Source: the human T2T-CHM13v2.0 reference genome, Homo sapiens. From it: a DNA stretch of 64,000 nt. Position 1 is the first letter of the stretch. Each line of letters starts with the position of its first letter. The stretch lies in assembly GCF_009914755.1 (NCBI RefSeq), contig NC_060930.1; one strand, written 5' to 3'. A program made the translations under genes and the position numbers. Shown here piece by piece: positions 26,919 to 43,014 of this stretch. The notes below the pieces were generated by a model. That model was not told where the DNA came from and did not search any database. It saw only the letters and a program-made list of their open reading frames with translations.

Positions 26919-27716
26919 GATCCCATCACTCAGAGAGTGAGCATGGTATCGATAGATGGTTTTCTAACCCATGACCAACTCCCCGTCTCTCTGTTGAGTA
27001 TACTGCAGTGTCTATTATTCTTGTATTAATGTCCATGTATGCTCAATGTTTAGTTCCCACTTATAAGTGAAAACATGTAGTATTTGGTTTTTCTATTCCT
27101 AAGTTAATTAACTTAGGATTATGGCCCCCAACTATATCCAAGTTGCTGCAAAGGGCATGATTTCATTTTTGTTATGGCTGTATAGTATTCCAAAGTGTCT
27201 ATGTACCCCATTTTCTTTATCCAATCTATGCTGATTAGCATGTACGTTGATTTCATGTCTTAGCTATTGTGAATAGTGCAACAATGAACATATGAGTATA
27301 TGTGTCTTTTTGGTGGAATGATTTATTTTCCTTTGGGTACATAGCCAGTAGTGAAATTGCTGGGTCAAATGGTAGGTGTCTTTAAGTTCTTTGTGAAATC
27401 TCCAGACTGTTTTCTACAGTGGCTGGACTAATTTACATTCTCATCAACAGTATAAAATATTTCCTTTTCTCTAAAGCCTCACCAGCATCCGTTATTCCTT
27501 GACTTTTTAATAATAGCCATTTTGACTGATGTGAGATGGTACATCATTGTATTAATTTGCATTTCTCTGATGATTAGTAATGATGAGCATTTTTTCATAT
27601 GTTCAGTGGCCACTTGTATACCTTCTTTTGAGAAGTATCTGTTCATGTGATTTGCACATTTTTAATAGGCTAAATGTTTTTTGCTTGTTGATTTGTTTAA
27701 GCTCTCTATAGATGCT

Positions 27717-28375
<659 letters not shown>

Positions 28376-29824
28376 ATACTGGGTATTTGACTTTTGTTGA
28401 AAGAATGGTTTGTGAATAACTTCTCCTATTCTGCAGGTTGTTTGCTCTGTTATAAGTTTCTTTTGCTGTGCAGAAGCTCTTTGGTTTAAGTCCCACGTGT
28501 CTACTTTTGGTTTTGTTACAATTGCTTTTCAAGACTTAGCCATAAATGCCCTACTAAGGCCAATGTTGAGAAGAGTATTTCCTAGGTTATCTTCTAGGAA
28601 TTTTATAGTGGGAAGTCTTACATTTAAATAGTTGATTCATTTTGTGTTAATTTTTGTATATGGTGAAAGGTAGGGGTCCAGTTTTACTCTTTGACATATG
28701 GCTAGCCAGTTATTCTAGCACCATTTATTGAATAGGGGGTCCTTTCCCCATTGCTTGTTCCTGTCAGCCTTGTCAAAGTTTATGGGTGTATGGCTTTATT
28801 TCTGGGTTCTCTATTCTGCTCCATTGGTTTATGCATCTGCCTTTGTATGGTGCCATGCTATTTTGGTCACTCTACCCTTATCGTGTAATTTGAAGTCAGG
28901 TAGTGTGATGCCTCCAGCTTTGTTCTTTTTGCTTAGGATTCCTTTAGCTATTTGGGCCCTTTTTTGGTTCCATATGAATGTTCTAATAGTATTTCTAATT
29001 ATCTGAAGAATAACATTGGTAGTTTGATAGGAATAGTGTTGAATCTGTAAATTGCTTTGAGCATTATGGCCATTTTAACAACAGTGATTTTTCCAATCCA
29101 TGGGCATGGAATGCTTTTCTATTGATTTGTGTTTTCTTTCATTTATTTCAGTAGTGTTTTGTAGTTCTTCTTGTAGAGATCTTTCACCTCCTTGGTTAGC
29201 TCTATTCCTAGGTATTTTATTTTCCTTTTGACTATTGTAAATGGGAATATGTTCCCGATTTGATGCTCAGCTTAAACATTATTGGTGTACAGAAATTCTA
29301 CTAATTTTTGTACATTGATTTTGTATCCTGAAATTTTACTAAAGTCATTTATCAGTTCTAGGTATCATTTGGCAGAGTCTTCAGGATTTTCCAGGTGTAG
29401 AATCATATCATCAGCAAAGGGAGATAGTTTGACTTCTTCTTTTCCTATTTGGATGCCCTTATTTCTTTCTCTTTCCTGAACGCTTGAACTAGGACTTCCA
29501 GGACTAGGTTGAACAGGAGTGCTGACAGTGGGCATCCTTGTTTTACTCCAGTTCTCAAGGAAAATTGTTAGAGCTTTTGTCAGTTGAGTAAGATACTGGC
29601 CATGGGTTTGTCATAGATGGATCTTATTATTTTGTGGTATGTTCCTTTGATGCCGAGTCTGTTGAGGGTTTTTACCATGAAGGGATGTTGGATTTATCGA
29701 AGGCTTTCTCTGTATCTATTGAGATGATTATGTGGTTTTTGCCTTTAATTCTGTTTATGTGGCGAAGCACATTTATTGATTTGCATATGTTGAAACAGTC
29801 TTGTAATCCAGGAATAAAGCCTTC

Positions 29825-30125
29825 CTAATTGTGATATATTAAAACTTTCTTATGTGCTGCTGGATTTGGTTTGCTAGTATTTTTTTTGAAGATTTTTCTG
29901 TCTGTGTTCATCAGGATTATTGGGCTGATGGTTTCTTTTTTCAAATCCAGATTTGCATGTCTGGCTGATACTGGCTTCACAGAATGAGTTAGGGAGAAGC
30001 GCTTCCTTCCTTGATTTTTTGGAATAGTTTTGTGCAGGATTGCTTTCAGTGTGGTAGAGTTCAGCTGGGAAACCAACTGGTCCAGGATGTTTTTTTGTTG
30101 GTAGGTTTTTCATTACTGATTCCAT
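29825..30125 (-). pseudogene. Frameshifted L1 ORF2 reverse-transcriptase remnant
   Basis: ORF track gives MESVMKNLPTKKHPGPVGFPAELYHT (cf. L1 ORF2 LPTKKSPGPDGFTAEFYQ) and PIILMNTDRKIFKK (cf. PISLMNIDAKILNK) in different frames. Confidence 0.9.
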
Positions 30126-33100
30126 TTCAGAAGTTTAGATATTGGTCTATTTAGGGTAACAGTCCCTTCCTGATTCAATCTTGGAAAATTGTGTGCTTAC
30201 AGGAAAGTATCCATTTCCTCTAGATTTTCTAATTTGTGTGCTTAGAGTTATTCACAATAGTTTCTGAGGATATTTTGTATTTCTGTGGGATCAGTGGTGA
30301 TATGGATAAAAACCACCTTTTTCATTTCTGATTGTGCTTTTCTGGATCTTCTCTTTCTTTTTCTTTGTTAAACTAGTGGCCTATCGATCTTATTTATTTT
30401 TTTGAAAACCAAGTCTTGGTTTTATCGATCTTTTGTATGGATTTTTACACATCAATTTCATTAAGTTCTTCTCTAACTTCAGTGATTTATTATTCTTTTG
30501 CTAGCTTTGGGATTTTCTCCCCCCACCAGTTCCTTTCCCTTAGTTGCCCTAATTTCTTCCTTTCCAAAGTTAGATTGTTGATTTGAGATTTTTCTAACTT
30601 CTTGATGAAGACATTTAGGGCTATAAACTTTCCTGTTAACACTGCCTTGGCTGTATCCAGAGATTTTAAGTTGTGTCCCTATTTTCATTAATTTCAAAGA
30701 ATTTTTTTTATTTCTGCCTTAATTTTGATGGTGGCCCAGGAGTTATGCGGGAGTAAGTTATTTAATTTCATGTATTTGTATAGTTTGGGGAGATGTTGAT
30801 ATTGATTTCTACTGTTATTGTACTGCGATTCAAGAATGTGCTTGGTATGACTTCAATCATTTTGAATTTATTGAGACTTTTTTATGATCAAGCATGTGGT
30901 TGATCTTAGAATATATTCTGTGTGCAGACGAGAAAAATGTATATTTTTTGGTTGTTGGGTGGAGTGTTCTGTAGCTGTCTGTGGTCCAATTAGTCAAGTG
31001 TCAAGTTTAAATCCAGAGTTTCTTTGTTAATTTTCTTCCTTGATGATCTAACACTGTCAGTAGGATGTTCAAGCCTCCCACTATTATTTTGTGTTTGTCT
31101 AAGTATTTTCATTGAACAAGAAGAGTTTGCTTTATGAATCTGGGTGCTTCAATGTTGGGTGCATATATATTTAGAATAGTTAAGGCTTCTTGTTGGTTTG
31201 TACCCTTTATCATTATGTAATGCCTTTTATTGTCCTTCTTAATTCTTGATTTAAAGTCTGTTTTATCTGATATAAGCATAGTGACTCCTGCTCTCTTTTC
31301 CTTTCAGTTTGCATGGTAGAATTTTCTCCATTCTTTTACTTTGAGCCTGTGGGTGTTATTATATGTGAGATGGGTTTCTTAAAGAAACCTGACATTTGGC
31401 GCTTGTCTTTTTATCAAGCTTTCTGCTCTGTGTCTTTTAAGTGTGCATTAATCCCATTTATGTGCAAGGTTACTGTTGATATGAATGATTTTCACTTTGT
31501 CATCGTGTTTTTAGCTAGCTGTTATGTAGACTTAATTATGCAGTTGCTTTATAGGGCTTGCGGGCTATGTGCTGAGGTGTGTTTTTGTGGTAGCAGGCTC
31601 TTTCAATTCTATGTTTAGCACTCCCTCAATAGGTCCCCCTCACCAGGGACCTGAGGACCTTAGGAGCCCCTCACCAGGTCCACTTCTGGGGATCTCTTGT
31701 AAGTCTGGTCTAGTCTAAATATATTCCCTCAGACTTTGCTTTCTGAGTAGGATTTTATTTCCTCTTCACTTAAGAAGCTTAGTTGGGCAGCATATAAAAT
31801 TCTTGGTTGGAATTTTTTTTCTTTAAGTTGCTAAAAATAGGCCCCCACTCTCTTTTGGCTTATAAGGTTTCTGTTGAAAGGTCTGCTGTAAGCCTGATGG
31901 ATTCCCTTTGTAAGTTACCTGCCCCATCTTTCTTAAAGCCTTTAAGATTTTTTCTTTTGTGTTAACTTTCGTGAATCTGATGACCATGTGCCTTGGGAAT
32001 GGTTGTCTTGTATAGTATCTGGCTAGGGTCCTCTATATTTTTTGGATTTGCAGGTCAACCTCTCTAGTGAAATTAAGGAAATTTTCATGGACTATGTCCT
32101 CAAATATATTTTCACAGTTGTTTATTATTTCTCTTTCTCAAGAATGCAAATGAGTCATAGATTTGGTCTCTTGGCATAACTGCATATTTCTCAGAGGTTT
32201 TGTTCATTTTTCTTTATTCTTTTCTCTTTATTTTTGTCTGACTGAGTTGACTCAATTACCTGTCTTCAAGCTCTGAGATTTTTTTCTCTGCTTGGTCTAT
32301 TCTGCTGTTAATACTTCTGATTGTATTTTGAAATTCTCGTAGTGACTTTTTCAGCTCAAGAAGTTTAATTTGGGTCTTTCTTAAAATGGCTTCTTAGTCT
32401 TTCAACTCTTGAATCATTTTACTGAATTGCTTTGCTTCCTTGGATTGAGTTTCAGCTTTCTCCTGGTCTTGATAAGCTTCCTAGCCAACCAGATTCTGAA
32501 TTCTATGTCTGTCCTTTCAGACTAATTAACTGTTGCTGGGAACCTAGTGGGCCTATCTGGAGGGAAGCGGACACTCTGGCTTTTTGAATTACCAGAGTTC
32601 TTATGCTGATATTTTCCCATCTGGGAAGGCTGGTGTTCCTTTAACTGTGATGGAAATCTAGTATAGTCAGTTGGCTTTGTTTCTGGAAATTTTCAGAGGG
32701 CTAAGGCTCTGTACAGGTCTTTGTTGTTGAATTCTTGCCCTTGGTTTATAAGCAGGGAGAATTAGCAGAGTGACTTTTTCGTTGTTGTAGTTTGGGGTGC
32801 GATCCGGTAGATAGTGCTTGAGAGCAATGGATGGTAGACGGGCTCTTATTTAGCAGCATGGCTCCTTTGTGTACCCTTGGATTTGCAGCTATGCAAAGGG
32901 GGAGAGAGGTGCAAGGGGGAGAGAGGTGACCTCTCCACCAGGTCCACTCCTGGGGGTTGGGAGAGCCACCTCTGATCACTGACACTTGGCCAGCAATTCC
33001 ATTTATTTATTTATTTATTTTTAATTTGATGTTTCAGCCTCAGGGCTCCCTTGGACAGAGGTCCAGTAGGGAAATAGACCACATCCTTACTGGACCTGCC

Positions 33101-35066
33101 CTGTGGAGGGAGGCACATCTAGGTTCTAGGCCAACTTGTGGACCTGTGCAATTCACTTTTCTCAGTTTTCTGACAGTGTGGGCTCCTCCCCAACTTGAGT
33201 GCAGGGCACAGATCCTGGCTAGATAATCCTGAGCCATGGGCCATGGCCCTGGTGTACCAGGACCTGTTTGCAGCTCCCTCCTCCAGACCCTTGGGACTGG
33301 GTCCCAGGTGTGCTATAGGATCTGAAGGGCTCCCATGCTTCTGGAATGCACTTAGGTGGCACAAAGCACCCAGGCTAGGCAGTGGAGCTATGCTGTGTAC
33401 AGGCTTCTGCAGGGTGGCCAGGTAGGAGTTCTGGGAGGGGCTGGCAGGCAGGTGGCCTGTGGGACAGATGTGCCTCAGTCCCACAGGGAAGGTGGCCCTG
33501 CTTTCTCCTCAGTGGTTAGCTAGGGCCAGAGCCTGTCAAAGGGAGATAGGCAGCCCTTGGTGGGTTAGGCTCCACCAAAGCTGTCCCTAGCACACAGATT
33601 CCTGGCGCCATGCTTGTGGCAGCTCTGTCTCTGTCTAATCTCTGAAGACATCCACCTACCAACTCAAATGTCCATGGCAGGTGTGAGGTCCCCAGGCTCC
33701 AAGTCCCTTCACTTACCCCTTCCTCAGACACTGTTTGAGGCCAGGAAGCAGCCCTAGCATTCAGTTACCCCACACAGAGTTTCCAGCTTCCTCCCTCTTC
33801 AGCCTCACTGTCTGCATCTTCTTTACATCCACATTTGGCATCTTCTTTACAAAGATCTGTTCAAATTATGTTGATTTAGTCAAAATCTCATCCTCTTTCC
33901 ATGGGAGCAGCAATTCCCAGCTGCATTGAGTTGGCCGTCTTAAGACCCCAGTTGATGTATAATTTTTAAATATTTAATAGAAACTTTAAAATATTGGAAA
34001 AATTAATCTTACATTGTCACATTGCTCATTCTGAACTGTCAGCTTCCATGAGTTTAGTCATTAATTTAACTGTCTGAACTATGTATTCTTCAAATTAAAA
34101 CAAATGACATAATTATTTGGAATAATTTTTATAAAGGTGGACAACATGATATTTCTGTAGTATTATTAAATTACTAATATTTGGGCAGCACTTAGCAAGT
34201 TAGATAATTGACTTAATAGTTTGTAAGATTAATCTCATTGACACGTCTTCTAGATATTATTTTCTCCCATAAATAACCATTGTTTATAAAATCACTGTCA
34301 AGGAAAGATTAAAATAATTTGATTTAATGAACTAAAATAAGTGGAAGGTTTGTTTATTAACTGAAAGAGTTCGGAGATCTGAGCTCAATACAAGATGAGT
34401 ATACATCTTAAATGAAAAAAAGGGAATAATGGGAAAGAAAGAAGTCAAATGAATATCTCAACATTTTTCATCAAGGAAAATATACGAAAAAACATTTGCC
34501 TGTATTTTCATAAAGGCAAAATGTAGATATCTAATTAAAGTGAAGATGTAAAGAAGGACAGGCAACGCAGCTTTATTAACCTACAGCTGCTTTTTATTGA
34601 CTGTCCAACATCCTTGATGAAGATTAGATTTTATCACCCACCGTCTCCTCAGGGTCCATCTGGGAGGTGGTGGGTTTTGACAGTTGACAAACACAGCTGA
34701 ACTTTATCTATTATTCACAGTCTGTTTTCTATATGAATTTCTGTGAATAAAGTTTTCTACTGCTAAATTTTTAATAGTAAAATTGAGAATATTTTTCCTA
34801 TTGCCATTTTTTCTTTTATTTTTATACAATTACATTCTTTTACGGCATCTTTTAATGTTGTCAACCTATAGAAAATAGTCAGAATTTTGTTGTAGTTCCT
34901 TACAAGTTCCACAACTCCACTTTTTTTTAATGACTTGCATATATATATATCATTTACTGTCTTCCATTGATCCATTTATTGGTCTGTATACTGGTATCAC
35001 AACATTTTGATACTTTTAACTTCAAAATATGCCTTCATATCTGATAAGGCCATTAAAAACTGACAC

Positions 35067-35481
35067 TGTGTCAGTTAAAACACAACCGGAGAGGAAGAAC
35101 CAAGAGATATATATATTAAGAGATTTATTTCAAGGAATTGGTTAATGTTATTATGTAGGCTGGGTAGGCAGGTATGAAACATATGAAGCAAGCCATTAGG
35201 AAGAACAGGCTGGCAATCTCGAGCTGTTATTCATGAGGAGAACAACTTTATCAGGAATCCTAGGCTGTGTTCTTAAAGTCTTTCAACTAATTGAATCAGG
35301 CCCCCTCCTCAGATTATCTAGAATTGCTTATTTGTGATAATCTCCCTTATGTAAAGTGAATTTATTATGTACTTTCATCTCTTCAGAAAAAAATACCTTT
35401 ACTTCTTTGAATAGATTAATGTTTGAATAAATGACTGGGAACTGTAGTTTAAACAAGTTGGCATAAGGAAAGGTAATCACA
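35067..35481 (-). mobile_element. ERVL LTR MLT2 (MLT2C/D-like)
   Basis: GAGATTTATTTCAAGGAATTGG...TTCAACTAATTGAATCAGGCCC...GTTTGAATAAATGACTGGGAACTGTAG...AAGTTGGCATAA...AATCACA. Confidence 0.8.
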
Positions 35482-36110
35482 ACTCATTACTTTTCTTTTT
35501 CAATACTATTTACTAGCCTCTGTCTTACTCCAAATAAATACCAAAGTTGCTGAAATATAATAATATAAAATGTTATAAAGGTAGTGTTTATTATTGTTAA
35601 AAATTGCTGTATCTTTTGCATAAGAAACAGAAAATAGCCATTATAAAATGCAAGACAGTTTAAGCAAATAGAAATTGAATGACAATTATTATAGTGAAAG
35701 CAAGCTAAAATCATTTTGTTACAAAATTATTCCTAAAGTGTAAGTTTGTCTGCCAAATTGCAGGTCAAAGAATTTCAATAGAATTGTCTATTCATTAACA
35801 CTATTTTGGAAGCCTTCTAATGTATCAACTATCTCTTGAGCACAAAACAGTGTGACAAGATAAAACATTATCTGAAATGTATCAGTTAATTAGATATTAA
35901 GAATTCCTATCAGGTACTAATCTTTTTTTAAATTAGGAAAAATAGTAGGTTATCATCAAACTTTTGAAGAAAAGAAGCACTGCTGATCATTGTATGAATT
36001 AATGCAACTGCAGAGATTGTTTTATATAGTGTATATATATATCATGTTTTATATGCATTTGTGTAAAAACATATCATACACAGACACACACACACACACA
36101 TAAAACAATA

Positions 36111-36464
36111 CCAAATCATCTCTTGGTATTCATGGGACATGGGTTTCAGGAGGCCCATGGATACCAAAAATCTGTGGATGTTCAAGCCCTTTATAGAAAA
36201 TGGCATAGTATTTGCATATATCCTATGCACGTCCTCCTGTATACTTTATCTCTAGGTTACTTATAATACCTAATGTAATTTAAATGTGATGTAAATAGTT
36301 GTCATACTGTATTATTTAGGAAATAATGACAAGAAAAAAAATCTGTATGTGGTCAGTACAGATGCAACCTTCCCAACCATTCATTTAAAAAAAAAAAAAC
36401 ATTTTTGGTCTGTGGTTTGTTGAATCCATGAATGTGGAACCCAAACAATATAGAAGGATGACTA
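36111..36464 (+). mobile_element. MER2 (TcMar-Tigger MITE)
   Basis: TTGGTATTCATGGG...GGATACCAAAAATCTGTGGATGTTCAAG...TTTGCATATATCCTATGCAC...TTGAATCCATGAATGTGGAACCC. Confidence 0.88.
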
Positions 36465-36475
36465 TAGATGTTCAC

Positions 36476-36528
36476 GTGTGTGTGTGTGTGTGTGCACTGT
36501 GTGTAAATATGTGTGTATGTGTGTGTGT
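36476..36528. repeat. Imperfect (TG)n tract
   Basis: Interrupted TG repeats. Confidence 0.85.
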
Positions 36529-36989
36529 AGGTTTTTTAATTATATATATAGTTATATACACATACTCACATACATTGTTGAATTATCTTACATTTTAATA
36601 ATGGGATTTCAAATAATGTTAATTTTAATGTGGACATGTTATAAGTGTGTAATTAATGGAATTTAAAATTCTGATATCCAAGGCTCAGAGCTGCATTTGT
36701 TAGCTTGGTTTATTTGCTGTCCTAAATAAATGATTATGGATCACACCAAGAATAATCAATTGGTATCTGCTGGTAATAATGACCCTCAGACATATTTTAG
36801 TTTGTTGTGTTGTTTGGCTTAACCCAGTATTTTAGAATGTAGTGTAATTAAGATCACAATACCAGCATCTTATTATCATATACACACTACACTTGTCATG
36901 TTTTATGATCATTGTATCTCCTCTACCAGCATGTAAGTTTCTGAACACTTCTCTAAAAGTAAAGCATAATGTTCATTATTAGTAAAAAT

Positions 36990-37231
36990 AATGAGAAAAT
37001 AACCACTACATATGCTTTTACTATGTAACAAATAATCTAAATGATTTCATGTATTAATTAAAACTCTCTGAGTAAGTACTATTATTATGTCTGCTTTCAG
37101 ATAAGGAAAGGGATGCATAGCAAGTTTAAATATCTTGCAGAAGGACACACAGTTTGCAAGTGAAGGAGCTCTAATTCGAAGACTGGTGGTCTGCATCCAG
37201 AGTTGATCATCCTAAATACCATGCTGAACTG
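36990..37231 (-). mobile_element. MIR
   Basis: Core GTAAGTACTATTATTATGTCTGCTTTCAGATAAGGAAA...AAGGACACACAG. Confidence 0.75.
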
Positions 37232-37394
37232 GTTGCTCCCAAAGACTGAACAGTATTTTTTACAATAAGATATTCATTTGTACGTCAACAAATAGTTGCC
37301 AATTCTTTGTAAAATAAAATACAATGAACTGAATAAAATTTAATACATCAGAGTAAATTTTACATAGAAAAGTATGTATTATTTTCTTTTAGTT

Positions 37395-37652
37395 ATGCAA
37401 TTCCACTTATATGAGCTATCTAGTGTAGTCAAACTCACAAAAACAGAAAGTAAAATAGTGGGCTGGGGGAAGAGGGGCAGGGGAGGGGAATGGGAAGGTT
37501 TGATTTTGTAGGATGAAAATGTTCTGGAGATTGGTTAAACAACAATGTGAGGATACTTAATACTATTGAACTATACACTTAAAATTAAAAAGGTTAAGAT
37601 GGTAATTTCTATGTTACGTGTGTATTTTACCAAAGCTAAAAATTAAAAAAAA
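37395..37652 (+). mobile_element. L1MB-type 3' end
   Basis: TTCCACTTATATGAG...GATGAAAATGTTCTGGAGAT...GAACTATACACTTAAAA...GGTAATTTCTATGTTA, followed by A-rich tail. Confidence 0.85.
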
Positions 37653-39012
37653 TTAGTAAAATTAGTCAGATAACTGTAAATTCTATACTTCTCAAATAAA
37701 TCATATTATCTATAAAAAAAAGAAGAAGAAGAAAAAGAAAGTAATTGAGAACAGTTCATTTTTTTACTTGGAACTCTCCAGTAGTAGCTTTTCATCTCAG
37801 GATGAAACACAATAGTTCTTAACAATGGTCTTAAAGGGCCTGTTCAGTGTTCAAGTCTCAGTTTTATGTCACTCTCTCTTACCTCATTCTGCTCCAATCA
37901 CACTGACTTCTGTGTTGTTTCCTGACCATTTCAGGTACTTTCTGGTTCAACGTATTGATACTTGCTCCCCTTTCACCTACCCACACAGGAGAACCAAGTT
38001 TATTTAAGAACCCAGAAGACTAGGGAAAAAAAGAAGAGCAACAATATCAAACTGGGAATCATAAATTATAGATTCTAACAGAAAGCCAACATATTAGTCC
38101 TCTGTAAAATGTGAGGCTTTGTATATTGTGTATTTATATTATTCTGGTTGTACCTAGCTGCAAAGGAGATTGGGATAGGCACTTCTTATTCTACACAACC
38201 ATGTGCTACACCAAAAGCTGAAGAAAAAAAAATAAAAGAACAGATACTGAGTGATAATTAGCATTCTATACCATACAATATTGAAGGTGATGGCTAACCT
38301 TTTGTCCCAGTATGTCATGCTTATAAAAATTTTATCTTATATGCTTAATTATCACCTACTACATCCAGAGAGTGGTATATCCTATACAAAAACTCATATT
38401 GGTGAATGTTTACCTATTTATTAGATTTTTCACACTATACTATCTACTATTTTGGGGGAAAGTTTTCCTTATTTATTCAGTAAGTTTGTGCATTATCTAT
38501 AAACATGGATCCATACCTATAACCTTTCAAAAACAATGGCTCTGCTATTTGAATAGAATATACATTTAGTTTTAAAAATTGTACCTCCTTGTGCAATCTT
38601 TGCAAAAAAAATCCTTTAATATTTGCCTTCACGTTTCTAAGCTGAGTTATTATGCTACTTTCACCTCTTATATTCACTTTTCACTTCAAAACTATACAAC
38701 AAAAAGAGTAGCATTCAAATCATTTCTAGACCCCAAATTTCTTTTAATGGTACTATTAATGTCTAGCAGTTAGCAGGCCAGCAACAAAGATCTATTCTTT
38801 TAAGAATGATGTGCAAGAATCAGATTCTTGGTTATGCACTGGCTTAGCAATGACAGTTATGTTACATTCATTCAACTGATAGACCCTATTTAAAATTCTA
38901 AAGTAGAAAATAATAGATTAGCTTCAAATACATCCTGAGGGAAATAAGGCTTTTCAAAATGTATTTAGTAAAAGCCACTGTTTCACACAAAGGAAAAAAG
39001 AAGATGGAGATA

Positions 39013-39140
39013 TGTGTGTGTGTGTGTATACATCTATATATACACACACACATAAAAATTTAAATTTATATATATATAAATTTATATATATTATTAATAT
39101 ATATATTATATATATAATAAATTTTATATATATAAAATTT
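39013..39140. repeat. TG/TA/CA and AT-rich low-complexity, quasi-palindromic tract
   Basis: (TG)n TATA...TATA (CA)n followed by ~85 bp of only A/T. Confidence 0.85.
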
Positions 39141-40489
39141 AGTGGGTTTACATCTTTTTTTCTGTTCCACTGCCTACAGAACATGAATTTGAAGGCTTAC
39201 CTATTATAATGAGATTATTATATTTCTAGCCAACATACGCTAATTAACTCTTCAATTTAATGCCTTTTGGTACAGTGTTATTGTATGGGATGAGCATTGC
39301 TTCTAAACCCATGAGTCAGCTATATTAAATAGGATTTGGAATCTTACCCTGATTAAAAAAATGACGTGAAAACCTTATGTTATTATGAAAACCAAGGGAA
39401 CATTAAAAAAACATTATGCTGTGTTCAATAAATTTTTAAAGTTGTCTTCTACAAAATTAGAAAATTATCATATCTTAAGCTATGAGTGTTAGAAAATGTA
39501 TCTCAAGAATTTAATCCAGGAAAAAAGCCTCCATTCAGATACACAAAAAGACATACAAATCGCTCTATTGTTTATTCTATAAAATCATGAAATATACTAG
39601 ACCAGCCACTTTAGCAAACAAAAGCAATATTTTATAAAATTAAATAAACATTATTTAGAAAAATTTCCTATTATGATCCAAAATCTTACCTATTTGTACA
39701 TGTACATAGTTTCATATGAAACTACTCCTATGACATTTAATTCAGAAATAAACCTACCTACTCAGACAAATACAAAGACACAGGTTGACCCTTTTCACCC
39801 TGTCTTCATCTCCTCCTATTCCTAGGCCTTTAAAAATTACGAGATAACTGGAGCAAACATTTTGAATACCAATATTATGATATCTAGTATATATGAAGGC
39901 ACTACTTTATAATGTAAGAAGATGACAATTGTACACACAAATACAGACACACAGAATATTTGCTTATATGTATATAAGGAGAAATAGCAGTATTCAAAAA
40001 CATTTCCATCAATATGAAAATAATGAACACCCATGGTGTAGTGATATAGTGCAGTACTATAAACCTCTGATAAAATGAATGGACTGGAGTTAAGTAGACA
40101 AATCTTATGAATATTTTATTGAGTGAAAGAAAAGCTTAATCTTTCAAAACAAATATGTTGCAGGCCTAGAATACATATGGAATTTTTACTATAACTTTAA
40201 AGTTGTATTTGTAATTTTTTAAAAAATTGGATCAATACTTGAAATGTCTTTATTGTAATATTTTTATATTTTAGATGTAGTTAAATTAATCTAGACTGAA
40301 AAATAAGAGGTCTAAATATTAGTTATTAAGATTTAGTTAATATTATAAAACCTTATTCAGAGAGATATTAACATTTCAATAAGGATTACATGGAGACCAA
40401 AAATTAACAAAGTAAATAAAAAAGGATAATAGTAAAATGATAGAGTATAAAGTTGGTTTTTGAATTTTTAATTTAAAAATCAGATGAAT

Positions 40490-41900
<1,411 letters not shown>

Positions 41901-42004
41901 CTTTTTTCTTTTCCTTTCCTCTTTTTATGGAGAAGAAAGTGAGGAATAATATTTTTATTAATCCTATATTATTAAATGACTGTTTAAGTAGCTATAGAAA
42001 TTGA

Positions 42005-42700
42005 CATAAAAAGCTGTTCAACATCATTAGTCACTAGGGAAATGCAAAATAAAATCACAATGGCATGTAATTACATACCTATTAAAATAGGTATAATAAA
42101 AAATATGACAATAACAAGTGTTGACAAAGAGGTGGAGCAATTGGAACCACTGTCCTTTGCTGATGTGAATATGATATGTTATGGCCGTTTTGAAAAACAG
42201 CTTGATAGTCCTTTATAAAGCTAAATATACATTTACAATACAATACAGCACTGGTAGTTCTAGGATTTAACTTAGAGAAGTGAAAACAGGTTCACACAAA
42301 TAGCTGTATAGAAGCTTTATCCATAATCCCCCTAAATTGGTGAGATTCAAAATATCTTCTAACTGGTGAATACATGAGCAACGTATGATACATTCATACA
42401 ATGAAACACTACCCTGCAATTACAACTGATAAGCTAATAATGTAGGCAAAAACATGAATGAAATCTCAAATGTGTGTTACTAAGTAAAAGAAAGAGGCTA
42501 TATAGTCACTGGTTCCATTTATATGCCATTCTAGAAAAAAAATCACTATAGAAATAGAGAACAAATTAGTGGTATTGGAAGTTAAGGTCAGAGTTTGACT
42601 AAAAAAGGTAAAGACAAGAAGATTGTTTGGGTACGAACAGTTGTATTTATGATTGTGGTACTAGCTGAAGAACTCTAGACACTGTAAAGCCCATAGAACA
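42005..42700 (+). mobile_element. L1MC/MD-type 3' fragment
   Basis: TGTTCAACATCATTAGTCACTAGGGAAATGCAAA...GGAGCAATTGGAAC...TTCCATTTATATGCCATTCTAGAAAA. Confidence 0.8.
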
Positions 42701-43014
42701 AAAACCAGTAGGAAAAAGAATTGGGTTGTTTTCCTATGGTTACATTTTCAATGTTCTTTACATTATTTTAATATAAGCTCTTTCACAGGCATGTACTTTG
42801 CAAATATTTTCTCTCAGTCTGCAGCTTATTGTTCAATGTCTTAACAGCAATTTCACAGAGCAAAATTTTAATTATGATAAATGCCAATTTATTTTGTTAT
42901 TGAAAATGCTTTTCATAGCATGTCTAAAATCTCTTTACCTAAGCCAAATTAAAAAAGATTTCCCCCCATGATGCTATCTAATACAAGTTTTATAGTTTTA
43001 AGATTAACATTTAG

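Noticed and set aside
32746-33929. Cluster of ORFs in a GC-richer region suggesting a gene or CpG island
   Set aside because: It is the CpG-depleted 5'UTR of the old L1; the ORFs reflect lower stop-codon frequency.
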